Shown in pieces: positions 1-9,368 of a stretch of DNA of 64,000 nucleotides. The first letter of the stretch is position 1. Every line of letters begins with the position of its first letter. The notes under the pieces were generated by a model. It did no database searches, was not told the origin of the DNA, and saw nothing but the letters and a program-made list of their open reading frames with translations. Source of the stretch: Bryobacterales bacterium (GTDB lineage: Bacteria; Acidobacteriota; Terriglobia; Bryobacterales; UBA6623); assembly GCA_963422375.2 (NCBI GenBank), contig OY729428.2:2048001-2112000 (forward strand), read 5' to 3'. The position numbers were made by a program, and so were the translations under genes.

Positions 1-1037
1 TAGCTCGCAATCAGGGCCGAGCGCGGGTCCAGCGTGTCCTTGATGGCGGCGAGTTCGGCAAAGCTGATGAACTCGTTCAGGACAAGGCGGGTCCCGAAGA
101 GGTTCCCGACGGCGGGCGCGTCCTGCCAGGCGATGCCGATCAGCCACGCGACCGGAGCGAGAAGGGGGCCGAGCATGCTCTGGACGCTTCCTGGGAACCA
201 CGCCCAGCCCAGCAGGCCCTTCAGTCCGGATAGCATGCCGTTCAGGATCGAGATCAGCGCGACGAAGGTCAGCACGACGGCGCCGACCTGCAGGGCGACG
301 TTCAGCCCCTCGCTGGCACCGCGGCTGGCCGCGTCGATCACGTTGCGGTCGAGGCCCCCCGTCTGGCTCGGAATCTGACCCATCGTTTCGGGCATGCCGG
401 TCTCTGGCTCGAGGATCTTGGACAGCATGACGCAAGCGGGCGCGGTCATCACGACGGCGGTGACGAGGTCCTCGGCCCGGGCTCCCCCGATCTGAACGTA
501 CGCCACCAGCATTGCACCGGACACGGTAGCCATCCCGCTGGTCATGATCGTCATGAGCTCCGAACGGGTCATCCTCGCCAGGTAGGGGCGGACGGTTAGG
601 GGAGCCTCGGCCTGCCCGAGAAAGAGATTGGCGGCAACCGTCAGCGACTCGGCACCACTCACCCGCATGCCGCGCTGCATGATGAACGCCAAGCCGGTGA
701 CGATCTTCTGCATCGCACCGAGGCGGTAGAGGATCGCCGAAATAGAGGACACAAGAATGATCAGGGGCAGGATCTGAAAGGCGAAGATCACGCCGTTCTC
801 GGGCTCTGCCAGCTCGCCGAAGACGAATTGCGTGCCTTCCCCCGCATACTGGATGAATCGGTTGAACGCGAGCCCCAGCGACTGGACGGCGAACCCCAGC
901 GGCGTGCGGAGCACGAGCACGGCCAGCAGCACCTGCAACCCGAGCCCCCAAGCGACGACCTGCCAGCGGACTTCGGAGCGGTTGGAAGACAGGGCGTAGG
1001 CCGCTGCGAGAAAAAAGAGGATCCCGAGCGCGCCCAT
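1..1037 (-). CDS. nupC: NupC/NupG (CNT) family nucleoside:cation symporter, 3' end outside the window
   Basis: Not in the ORF track because it runs off the edge. Manual translation from ATG 1037: MGALGILFFLAAAYALSSNRSEVRWQVVAWGLGLQ...FAFQILPLII...SGAESLTVAANLFLGQAEAPLTVRPYL...MTSGMATVSG, which are typical CNT motifs. Confidence 0.9.
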   Translation of the reverse strand, partial: MGALGILFFLAAAYALSSNRSEVRWQVVAWGLGLQVLLAVLVLRTPLGFAVQSLGLAFNRFIQYAGEGTQFVFGELAEPENGVIFAFQILPLIILVSSISAILYRLGAMQKIVTGLAFIMQRGMRVSGAESLTVAANLFLGQAEAPLTVRPYLARMTRSELMTIMTSGMATVSGAMLVAYVQIGGARAEDLVTAVVMTAPACVMLSKILEPETGMPETMGQIPSQTGGLDRNVIDAASRGASEGLNVALQVGAVVLTFVALISILNGMLSGLKGLLGWAWFPGSVQSMLGPLLAPVAWLIGIAWQDAPAVGNLFGTRLVLNEFISFAELAAIKDTLDPRSALIAS

Positions 1038-1381
1038 CGGAGCAATCCATTGTAGGTGCTTGCATGCGTACCTCGGTTGACGAAGGACGGAAGCCGCCCG
1101 GGGACGGCCGCCACTTCTGCGTGGCGGCCCGTTCCAGGAGCGACGGTCGGCGCGACCGCTGGCGCTTTGATTCCAGCGGAGCGTCCGGCGGCAGGCGCAT
1201 CCGGCGCGGATCCGGCTCGTCGCTTTCTCTCGGGTCCGCCCGGCCGTTCGCGCTTGGAGCGAAAGCGCGACGAAAGCCTCGAGCGCCGATTCGATTCATT
1301 CTCGTGCCGACGGAAACGAGGGGGACTCGGCATGCGTCTGACGGCTGTCAGCGGTTCAGGACGAACCGGAGGGAGCACACG

Positions 1382-1978
1382 ATGAAGAGTCTCGCAAGCG
1401 TTGTCGCGATCAGCCTGCTTGGCGTGAGCCCGATCTCGGCCGAGTGTTTCGAACGCGGCAAGTCGGCCTACAAGACGCCGGACGGGAACTGGAGAAAGGC
1501 TGCTATCTGCGTGACAGACGACGGCGTCCAAGTGTACACCCGCAAGACGGGCCTGCTCGTGGCAGCGTTTCTCGGCGCCGATCACGATATGAGATTCAGT
1601 TCCTGGGATCTTCGTCGTCGGCAGGTCACCGGAAGCGTTCTCCTCGGCGGGCTGATCACGATCGGCTGCCTCGCGCTGCCGGTCAAGCCCGGCTACGTCA
1701 CCAATTGCACGCACACCAGCGATTCGTACTCGTCCAGCTCGCGCTGCAATAGCTACTACGACGAGGGTCGCGAGGGCTACATCAGTCCCAAGGCGGCTCT
1801 GATCTCCCTCGGTGCGCTGTCCGGCGTGGTGGCCGCGATGGCGCTCAGTCCGAGCTCACCTCCGGAGTATTCGTTCAAGGACGGCCCCCGCGAAGTCACC
1901 GTCCGCGTCGACAAGCGCGACCGGTCCAACTGGGAGTCTGCTCTGCTTCGTTACCGGCTGAAGCCCGGTCCGGACTAA
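1382..1978 (+). CDS. Hypothetical secreted/membrane protein (198 aa)
   Basis: GGAGGGAG RBS before ATG 1382; signal-peptide-like MKSLASVVAISLLGVSPISA; two internal hydrophobic segments; GC3-rich codons. Confidence 0.7.
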   Translation: MKSLASVVAISLLGVSPISAECFERGKSAYKTPDGNWRKAAICVTDDGVQVYTRKTGLLVAAFLGADHDMRFSSWDLRRRQVTGSVLLGGLITIGCLALPVKPGYVTNCTHTSDSYSSSSRCNSYYDEGREGYISPKAALISLGALSGVVAAMALSPSSPPEYSFKDGPREVTVRVDKRDRSNWESALLRYRLKPGPD

Positions 1979-2357
1979 CCTCGACCCTGTCGCATGGGAG
2001 ACCGGTCGATTCGAGTCGATCTTCGCGACTCCTCCCCACGCCGATCGGCGGTGGCCCTCAAGGAGGCCCGCGGGCGATTCCCGAATACTCTCCCCAGCCG
2101 TCGGAACCCACGTGTCTTCGGGCGGAACTGCTTCCGGATCGGATGCCCCGCGCGACTGGCCGCGGGGTTCGCTGGCGGGCCTGCGGCGAGACAACACCGG
2201 GCCTTCAGCATTGCGCACAGGGCGCACGCCTCAAGGCGTGGTTGCAATGGGTAATTCCATGGGGAGGCCTTGATTGCGCGCGCCCGCCCGCCTCTGCCCG
2301 GCCGCTCCTTCTGCTCGCAGCGTCCGCACGAGTCTCGCAGGTGCCTACACTACGGCA

Positions 2358-2801
2358 ATGAGGCCGGAGCCCGCGCCCGTCGCCGAGTCCCGCCTGGCCG
2401 AACTGGCCCGATCGACCATGGCCCGGGCGCCGTTTCCGATGCTGGCCAGCGTGGACGGCACGCGACCGCGCCTGCGGCCGGTCTCCCCCGTCGCGGTCGA
2501 AGGCTTCACCGTATTCGTGGCCTCGCTCCGCAGCTCCCACAAGACAGGCGAGCTGGATGCGAATCCGGCCGTGGAGTTGTGCTACCTGGACGACGACCAC
2601 GACCAGGTTCGCATCGAGGGCACGGCGGAGCTGGTCGGGGACGCCAGCGTCCGGCAGGGGATCTGGGATCGCAATCCGCTGCTGCGCAGCTTCCTCGGGT
2701 CGATCGACAATCCGGAGTTCATGCTCTATCGAATCCGACCCGAGCGGGTGCGCTTCATGCGGGAATGGGCTCTGACCTACTTCGACGTGCCCTTGGATTG
2801 A
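2358..2801 (+). CDS. Pyridoxamine 5'-phosphate oxidase-like FMN-binding split-barrel protein (general stress protein 26-like)
   Basis: LASVDGTRPRLRPV...SHKTGELDANPAVELCY...DQVRIEGTA pattern; TACACT 6 nt before the ATG. Confidence 0.85.
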   Translation: MRPEPAPVAESRLAELARSTMARAPFPMLASVDGTRPRLRPVSPVAVEGFTVFVASLRSSHKTGELDANPAVELCYLDDDHDQVRIEGTAELVGDASVRQGIWDRNPLLRSFLGSIDNPEFMLYRIRPERVRFMREWALTYFDVPLD

Positions 2802-2879
2802 CCCTCTCGGAAACGGCTGCCAGCCCGCGCCCTATACCGCCTTGGCTTACAATCGGGCTGGGTCGCAAGGAGCCCTTCC

Positions 2880-4196
2880 ATGGACCGACGCAAATTCCTC
2901 TCCTCCACCGGCGTGACGGCCGCCGCGCTCACGGCCGCGCAGTACTCGCGGGTGCTCGGGGCCAACGAGCGCCTCCAGACCGCCGTCATCGGTGTCAACG
3001 GCCGAGGCAAGTCCCATATCCGGGCGGCGGCGGAGAGCCCCGGCATGCAGGTCGCCGCTGTCGTGGACATCGACCAGACCGTCGCCGAAAAGGCGGCTGC
3101 CTACGCCAAGCAGTACCAGCCCGAGGCGCCGCGGGAGTACCGCGACCTCCGCGACATGCTAGGCAGCAAGGACATCGACGTGGTGACGGTCGCCACAACT
3201 AACCACTGGCACGCCCTCGCGACCATCTGGAGCGTCCAGGCCGGCAAGGACGTGTACTGCGAGAAGCCCGCGAGCCACAACGTCTGGGAGGGCCGCAAGA
3301 TGGTCGAGGCGGCTCGGAAGTACGGACGCATGGTCCAGATCGGCCACCAGTCGCGCTCGACTCCCGCCGTGATCGAGGCTATCCAGCGTCTCCGCGAGGG
3401 CGTGATCGGCGACGTCTACATGGCCAAGGGCCTCTGCTACAAGCGGCGCAAGTCGATTGGGTCCGCTGCGGTCAGCGCCGCGCCCCCGGGCGTGGACTAC
3501 GACATCTGGCTGGGGCCGGCCCGGCCGAGCGAATTCAAGCGAAACCGGTTCCACTACAACTGGCACTGGCACTGGGCCTTCGGTAACGGCGACATCGGCA
3601 ATCAGGGCGTCCACCAGATGGACGTGGCCCGCTGGGGGCTCGGAATCGACCATCTCCCCGAGCACGCCCATTCCGCCGGCGGCCACTACGTGTACGACGA
3701 CGACCAGGAGACGCCCAACACCCAGCACGCGACCCTCGACTACGGCGGGCGCATGCTGCAATTCGAGGTACGAGGCCTGATCACGGGCGGTGAATGCCGC
3801 CTGCTCGAGGACACCGGGAACGGTTCCCACACCATCGGCGTCCTGTTCTTCGGCAGCGACGGCTTTCTGACGATCTCGGGACGCGGATACCGCACCTATC
3901 TCGGCGAGAAGCGGATTCCGGGCCCGACCATGGAGCCCACCGGCGAGAACATCACCGCCCTGCATTTCGAGAACTTCCGCAAGGCGATCACGAGCCGGCG
4001 CACCAGCGACCTAAACTGCGACGTGCTCGAGGGGCATCTGTCCGCCGCGCTCTGCCATCTGGCGAACATTTCCTACCGCACCGGAGACAAGCTCCTGTTC
4101 GACGCGGAAAAGGAACGCTTCGTGGGCAACTTCGGCGCGAACACGCTCCTGACGAGGGACTATCGCGAACCTTGGGTGGTGCCCGCGGAGGTCTGA
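2880..4196 (+). CDS. Gfo/Idh/MocA family oxidoreductase with Tat signal
   Basis: RRKFL twin-Arg motif; GVNGRG Rossmann motif; KDVYCEKP; GNQGVHQMD; AAGGAG RBS. Confidence 0.93.
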   Translation: MDRRKFLSSTGVTAAALTAAQYSRVLGANERLQTAVIGVNGRGKSHIRAAAESPGMQVAAVVDIDQTVAEKAAAYAKQYQPEAPREYRDLRDMLGSKDIDVVTVATTNHWHALATIWSVQAGKDVYCEKPASHNVWEGRKMVEAARKYGRMVQIGHQSRSTPAVIEAIQRLREGVIGDVYMAKGLCYKRRKSIGSAAVSAAPPGVDYDIWLGPARPSEFKRNRFHYNWHWHWAFGNGDIGNQGVHQMDVARWGLGIDHLPEHAHSAGGHYVYDDDQETPNTQHATLDYGGRMLQFEVRGLITGGECRLLEDTGNGSHTIGVLFFGSDGFLTISGRGYRTYLGEKRIPGPTMEPTGENITALHFENFRKAITSRRTSDLNCDVLEGHLSAALCHLANISYRTGDKLLFDAEKERFVGNFGANTLLTRDYREPWVVPAEV

Positions 4197-4221
4197 TCAG
4201 GGACCGGGCCCGCCGCCGGAG

Positions 4222-4389
4222 TCAGACGTCGGCGGAAGCCCCGCTGCCTAGGTCCTTGACTTGGGCGCTTACGTTATCGAGCTCGCGCGATAGCCGCTTC
4301 GTGCGAGCGGACAGCAGGGCCACGTATCCAACGTGGAGCGCCCAAGCGACGCCGAACGCCGCCCACAGCCATTTCAGGTTCTCTCCCAC
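4222..4389 (-). CDS. ccmD: CcmD-like small membrane protein (heme exporter protein D)
   Basis: 55 aa with one N-terminal TM helix (WLWAAFGVAWALHVGYVALL) and a charged tail; GGAGG RBS; directly downstream of ccmC. Confidence 0.7.
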   Translation of the reverse strand: MGENLKWLWAAFGVAWALHVGYVALLSARTKRLSRELDNVSAQVKDLGSGASADV

Positions 4390-4405
4390 GGGATCCTCCC
4401 CCCTC

Positions 4406-5086
4406 TCAGGCAAGCGCCTGGACCTCCCTGCGCAGGGCGTCCGTCCTCTTGCGCAGCGCCTCCATGCGCCGCCTCTGGCGGACCAGGCACCAGTACAGCA
4501 GCGCCAGGGCGAACATCGTGAAGAACAGCACGAACGTCATGCGCGGATCGAGCGAGCCGCCGCCGCCCAAGACGGGGGCGGGATGCTGGGTTCTCCACCA
4601 GCGGTTCGCCATGTACACGATCGGAACGTCCACCATTCCGAAAACCGACACGACGGCGCACACCACGGCGCGCTGGCTCGGTTCGTCAATCGACTCGCGG
4701 AGGATCAGGTAGGCCGCGTAAATCAGCGCAAGCAGAAGCATCGCGGTCAGGCGGGCGTCCCATGCCCAGTACACGCCCCAAACCGGCTTCGCCCACAGGC
4801 ACCCGGTGACCAGGTTCACGCAGGCGAATAGCAGGCCCACTTCGTTGCAGGCGACGGACAGGTCGTCCCGCTCCCCCGCGCGGTTCAATAGGTAACCGAT
4901 CGCCGCGAAGCCGCCGAGGAAGAATCCGCCGAACGCAACCGCGGCGGATGAAACGTGAATGTAGAAGATCCGCTGGACGATGCCCATCGAAGCCTCGGTG
5001 GGCACCCAGGCAAAGATCAGGTACATCGAGGCCAGCAGTGCGGTCGCGGAGACCGCCGCCAGCGGTGCGGGAACAGCGTCGCGCAT
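4406..5086 (-). CDS. ccmC: Heme exporter/cytochrome c assembly protein CcmC
   Basis: RIFYIHV; WWD motif WAKPVWGVYWAWDARLT; WWRTQHP; about six TM helices. Confidence 0.9.
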   Translation of the reverse strand: MRDAVPAPLAAVSATALLASMYLIFAWVPTEASMGIVQRIFYIHVSSAAVAFGGFFLGGFAAIGYLLNRAGERDDLSVACNEVGLLFACVNLVTGCLWAKPVWGVYWAWDARLTAMLLLALIYAAYLILRESIDEPSQRAVVCAVVSVFGMVDVPIVYMANRWWRTQHPAPVLGGGGSLDPRMTFVLFFTMFALALLYWCLVRQRRRMEALRKRTDALRREVQALA

Positions 5087-5185
5087 CAAGCCTGTCGCCA
5101 GCTCCAAGTGTACCCGAGCACCGCGCCACGGGGCGGCCGCGCCAGCCCGGCCGGCTCCGCAGGACAATGAGCACTGGGACTGGCC

Positions 5186-6142
5186 GTGCGCAACTGGGGA
5201 GAGTGCGTGCCGAATTTCTCCGAAGGCCGTCGGGCGGGATCCATCGGCCGACTGGAAGCCGCGGTCGCGAGCGGCGGAGCGGAACTACTCGACCTGCACG
5301 CCGACCCGGACCACAATCGCTGCGTGCTGACGCTCGCGGGCCCTCTAGCTTCGGCCGCGGAGGCCGTCCTGGCCGCTTCCGCCGTCGCGGTCGAGAGCAT
5401 CGACCTGCGCACGCATCGAGGCACCCACCCTAGGATCGGCGCCGTCGACGTCGTTCCGATCACCCCCCTGTGGGCGACGCCCCGCTCTGCTTGCATAGAA
5501 GCCGCGCGCGAGATCGGCGAACGGCTCTGGCGGGACCTGCGCGTCCCAGTGTACTACTATGGCGAAGCTGCCAGCCGGGAGGGCCGCCGGAGGCTGGAGT
5601 CGGTCCGCCGGCTTGGCTTCGAGCGGCTCGGCCCCTTGGCGCGGGACGGGGAAGTCCGCCCGGATGTGGGCGGCCCGTCGCTGCATCCGTCCGCCGGCGC
5701 CTGCTGCGTGGGAGTCCGACCCTTCTTGGCGGCATTCAACGTGCAACTTGCTGCCCGCGACGCGGCCGCGGCGCGCCGGATCGCCGGGGCGCTCCGGGAG
5801 TCGGCCGGAGGCCTGCCCGGCGTGAAGGCCCTGGGCATGTATCTCGAGTCGGCCGGGGTCGCGCAAGTCTCGATGAACCTGACGCGGCTCGACCTGACCC
5901 CGCTGGACGCCGCCTACGACGCGGTGTGCGCGGCGGCCTCCCGGCTGGGCGTGCAGGTGCTCGGAAGCGAGATCGTCGGGCTCGTGCCGCGGGCAGCTCT
6001 CGGGCCCGCCCCGGCACGCCTGCGCATCGCCGACTTCGGTCCCGGCATGATTCTAGAGGAGCGCCTGGAAGACGCCCTGTCCGGGGGGCGCGCCGGGATG
6101 CCCCGCGGACCCGGCCGGGCCCGCGGGGTCCGTCAAGGCTAG
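5186..6142 (+). CDS. ftcD: Glutamate formimidoyltransferase (FTCD N-terminal type)
   Basis: ECVPNFSEGR, DPDHNRCV, HRGTHPRIGAVDVVP, QVSMNL and SEIVGLVP motifs. Confidence 0.93.
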   Translation: MRNWGECVPNFSEGRRAGSIGRLEAAVASGGAELLDLHADPDHNRCVLTLAGPLASAAEAVLAASAVAVESIDLRTHRGTHPRIGAVDVVPITPLWATPRSACIEAAREIGERLWRDLRVPVYYYGEAASREGRRRLESVRRLGFERLGPLARDGEVRPDVGGPSLHPSAGACCVGVRPFLAAFNVQLAARDAAAARRIAGALRESAGGLPGVKALGMYLESAGVAQVSMNLTRLDLTPLDAAYDAVCAAASRLGVQVLGSEIVGLVPRAALGPAPARLRIADFGPGMILEERLEDALSGGRAGMPRGPGRARGVRQG

Positions 6143-8706
6143 CCCCGGTCGTCGGATGGCGGCCGCGAGCCCCGCCCGAAGCGCCTGCCGCGGCTTGGCC
6201 GATCGCGAGGAGGCCGGTCGCCTCCGGGCCGGGGGCGCCTGCCGCGGTCGCCTCCGGGCCCGCCGCCGCGGAAGTGGCTCGGCGAGCGGTCGCGCCCGCG
6301 CTGGTCGCCGCGCCGCTCCTGCAGCACCGCCCGCCGGCTGAGCTTGATCCGATTGCCGTCCAAGGCGAGGCACTTGACCATGATCTGGTCGCCCTGGTTG
6401 AGCTCATCGCTCACTTCGTCCACGTGGTGGTCGGCAATCTCACTGATGTGCAGCAGGCCCTCCGTACCCGGCAGGATCTCGACGAACGCCCCGAAGGCCT
6501 CGATCTTGGTGACCGTCCCGAGGTACTCATTGCCGACCTCGGGACTGCTGCCGCGGTCGGCTCCGGGCCCGCCGCCGCGGAAGTGGCTCGGCGAGCGGTC
6601 GCGCCCGCGCTGGCCGCCGCGCCCCTCCTGCGGCACCGCCCGCCGGCTGAGCTTGATCCGATTGCCGTCCAAGGCGAGGCACTTGACCATGATCTGGTCG
6701 CCCTGGTTGAGCTCGTCGCTCACTTGGTCCACGTGGTGGTCAGCAATCTCGCTGATGTGCAGCAGGCCCTCCGTACCCGGCAGGATCTCGACGAACGCCC
6801 CGAAGGCCGCGATCTTGGTGACCGTCCCGAGGTACTCCTTGCCGACCTCGGGACTGGCCGTGATCGCCTTGACTCGCTCGATCGCCTGGTTGCCGCGCAC
6901 GCGGTCCGTCGAGGCGATGCTGACCGTGCCGTCGTCGGCCACGTCGATCTTCGCTCCGGTCTCCTCCTGGAGCCCCTTGATGACCTTGCCGCCCGGCCCG
7001 ATCAGGTCCCGGATCTTGCCCTCCGGGATCTTGATCTGGGTGATCTGCGGAGCGTGCTCGGCCATCTCCTCGCGGGGAGCGCCGAGGGTGTCGGTCATCT
7101 TTTCCAGAATCTGGACCCGCGCCTGTCGCGCCTGCTCGAGAGCTGTCTCGAGCACCTCGAGGCTCACCTTGGGCTGCTTGATGTCCATCTGAAGGGCGGT
7201 GATGCCGTCCGAGGTGCCGGCCACCTTGAAGTCCATGTCCCCGTGATGGTCCTCGGCCCCCGCGATGTCGGTCAGGACGGCGAACTCGTCGCCCTCCGTG
7301 ACCAAGCCCATGGCGATGCCCGCGACTGCCCCTTTGATCGGCACGCCGGCGTCCATCAGCGCCAGCGAGCCGCCGCAAACTGTCGCCATCGAGCTGGATC
7401 CGTTCGACTCGAGGATGTCGCTCACGAGCCGGATCGTGTAGGGGAAGTCTTCCTGGCTCGGCATGACCGGCGTGAGCGCCCGCTCGGCCAGCAGGCCGTG
7501 CCCGATCTCGCGCCGGCCCGCGCCTCGCATGAATCCGGTCTCGCCGACGCTGAACGGCGGGAAGTTGTAGTGGACCATGAAGGTCTTCTCGTAGTCCGGG
7601 TCCTCGATGCGCTCCTGGCGCTGGCCGTCGGACTTGGTGCCGAGCGTCGTGCTGACGAGGGCCTGCGTCTCGCCGCGCGTGAACACCGCGGACCCGTGCG
7701 TCCTGGCCAGCTCGCCGACTTCGCACGTGATCGGACGGATCGCGTCTGGAGCGCGATGGTCCGGCCGCCGACCTTGGTCGAACACTTGCTTGCGGAAGAT
7801 CTTCTCCTGCCAGGGCTCCATGAAGGCGGAGGCCTGCGCCAGCTTGGCCGGGTCGTCCGCGTACGCCTGCTTGATCTCCTGCTTGATGGAGCGGAACAGG
7901 GCGTAGCTCTCGAGCTTCGGATGGACGCTCGTGTTGAGCGCCTCCTCGGCGCGCTCGCCCCACTTCGCCTCGACCTCGTCCCGGATCGCCTGGTCGATCT
8001 CGGGCGCGTCGAACTCGCGCTTCGGCTTGCCGGCCTTGGCGGCGAGGTCCTCGATGGCGTCGATTACCTGGACGCAGCCCTCGTGGCCGTGGCCGATGGC
8101 TTGGAGCATCGCGCTCTCTTCCGCCTCCCCGGCGTCGGCTTCCACCATCACGATGCCGTCCCGCGCGGCCGCGACCGTGGCGAGCACGTCAGCCCGCTGG
8201 GACTCGGCGTACGAGGGGTTCAGCACCCAGCGGCTCCCTTCCACGAGAGCCACGCGGACCGATCCCGTCGTGAGGACGACGGGAATGTCGGAGACCGCGA
8301 CGGCCGCGGACGCCCCGATCATGGCGTAGATGCTCGGGTCGTGCTCGGGGTCGGACGACAGGACGAACGCGATGACCTGCGTCTCGTTGCGGAAGCCGCG
8401 CGGGAAGAGCGGCCGCAGCGGGCGGTCGATCAGCCGGCAGGTGACCGTCTCCTTCTCGGAAGGGCGGCCCTCCCGCTTGATGTATCCTCCGGGGAACCGC
8501 CCCGCCGAATAGGTGTACTCCCGGTAGTCCACGGTCAGGGGGAAGAAGTCGATGCCCTCCCGGGGCTCCGCCGCTGACGTGGCTGTGACAAGTACCTGAG
8601 TGTCGCCGCAGCGCACTACGACGGCTCCTCCTGCCTGCCTTGCTAGGCGGCCGGTCTCGAGTGATACGGTCTTGCCGTCCAGCTCGAATTCTGTAACGTG
8701 CTTCAT
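6139..8706 (-). CDS. pnp: Polyribonucleotide nucleotidyltransferase (PNPase) with duplicated S1 domain, 855 aa
   Basis: FFPLTVDYRE, RLIDRPLRPLFP, RGETQ, RREIGHG, ESNGSSSMA, GDMDFKVAGT, KH domain IGPGGKVIK and two S1 domains; lies downstream of rpsO. Confidence 0.98.
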   Translation of the reverse strand: MKHVTEFELDGKTVSLETGRLARQAGGAVVVRCGDTQVLVTATSAAEPREGIDFFPLTVDYREYTYSAGRFPGGYIKREGRPSEKETVTCRLIDRPLRPLFPRGFRNETQVIAFVLSSDPEHDPSIYAMIGASAAVAVSDIPVVLTTGSVRVALVEGSRWVLNPSYAESQRADVLATVAAARDGIVMVEADAGEAEESAMLQAIGHGHEGCVQVIDAIEDLAAKAGKPKREFDAPEIDQAIRDEVEAKWGERAEEALNTSVHPKLESYALFRSIKQEIKQAYADDPAKLAQASAFMEPWQEKIFRKQVFDQGRRPDHRAPDAIRPITCEVGELARTHGSAVFTRGETQALVSTTLGTKSDGQRQERIEDPDYEKTFMVHYNFPPFSVGETGFMRGAGRREIGHGLLAERALTPVMPSQEDFPYTIRLVSDILESNGSSSMATVCGGSLALMDAGVPIKGAVAGIAMGLVTEGDEFAVLTDIAGAEDHHGDMDFKVAGTSDGITALQMDIKQPKVSLEVLETALEQARQARVQILEKMTDTLGAPREEMAEHAPQITQIKIPEGKIRDLIGPGGKVIKGLQEETGAKIDVADDGTVSIASTDRVRGNQAIERVKAITASPEVGKEYLGTVTKIAAFGAFVEILPGTEGLLHISEIADHHVDQVSDELNQGDQIMVKCLALDGNRIKLSRRAVPQEGRGGQRGRDRSPSHFRGGGPGADRGSSPEVGNEYLGTVTKIEAFGAFVEILPGTEGLLHISEIADHHVDEVSDELNQGDQIMVKCLALDGNRIKLSRRAVLQERRGDQRGRDRSPSHFRGGGPGGDRGRRPRPGGDRPPRDRPSRGRRFGRGSRPPSDDRG
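6239..6856. repeat. 309-bp tandem duplication inside pnp (6239-6547 and 6548-6856)
   Basis: Manual alignment: period 309 nt (103 codons), 10 mismatches, no indels. Confidence 0.95.
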
Positions 8707-8726
8707 GTGTGCGTAAGTCCTTCTGC

Positions 8727-8752
8727 GCCTCCCGCCTCGAGGGGCGGGAGGC
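8727..8752 (-). promoter_or_regulatory. GC-rich hairpin in the rpsO-pnp intergenic region / pnp leader
   Basis: Perfect 10-bp stem GCCTCCCGCC-N6-GGCGGGAGGC about 20 nt upstream of the pnp start; role unknown. Confidence 0.45.
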
Positions 8753-8935
8753 CAATCCGCGGCCATGCGGATGATCGGCTAAGGGAGACGTGCGGGCACT
8801 GTCAGCCAGTCCCGCGAATTGCAGGCGCGAGCCTGCCGGCGCATCGGCGGCCGACGGGCCCGGGCAGCGCAGCTGGTCGTTCCCGCCGGACAGCGCCGGG
8901 TCGGTGCGGTTCGAGAGTTCTCGGATCGTGACGCA

Positions 8936-9205
8936 TCAGCCGCGGAGCCCCAGGGACTCGACAACTCTCACGTACTCTCCGGGATTCTTCTTGCTCAGGT
9001 AGCGGAGCAGGCGTCGGCGCCTGCTCACCATCTTCAGCAGGCCCCTGCGGGACCCGAAGTCCTTCCTATGCACCTTCAGGTGCTCGGTCAGATCGGCGAT
9101 CTGATGCGTCAAAGTCGCTATCTGAACCTGCGAGGAGCCGACATCCCGGGGATGGGCTCCGTAGGTCTTCACCAATTCTTGCTTCGCCTGATTTGCGAGT
9201 GGCAT
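8936..9205 (-). CDS. rpsO: 30S ribosomal protein S15
   Basis: 89 aa: [59 protein letters not shown]. Confidence 0.98.
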   Translation of the reverse strand: MPLANQAKQELVKTYGAHPRDVGSSQVQIATLTHQIADLTEHLKVHRKDFGSRRGLLKMVSRRRRLLRYLSKKNPGEYVRVVESLGLRG

Positions 9206-9253
9206 GCTCGACTCAGGTCTCCTTCCCTTTCCAAATTCGCTTGGCCGTGATTT

Positions 9254-9262
9254 ATAGTAGCA
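9254..9262 (-). promoter_or_regulatory. Putative extended -10 promoter for rpsO-pnp
   Basis: TG-C-TACTAT on the minus strand in a local AT-rich patch about 50 nt upstream of rpsO. Confidence 0.55.
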
Positions 9263-9368
9263 CATCGCTTGCGCCCGGCGCGAGCCGGTGCCCGAGCCGG
9301 GTGGCGCTCGATTCCCCGGTGGTTGTCTCACCGCCGGATCCCGCGGAACCGAGACCCTATGATTGGAC

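Noticed and set aside
1240..1300. Possible c-di-GMP-I riboswitch (GCGAAAGCGCGACGAAAGCC)
   Set aside because: Only superficial resemblance; the conserved GCAAA elements and second stem are not evident. An Rfam scan would settle it.
6239..6856. pnp repeat as a CRISPR array or pure assembly duplication
   Set aside because: Two long in-frame copies without spacers; 10 substitutions argue against an identical-copy artefact, although reads should confirm.
5470..8577. 1035-aa plus-strand ORF
   Set aside because: Antisense shadow of pnp and off-frame to ftcD, caused by high-GC codon bias; no recognisable motifs.
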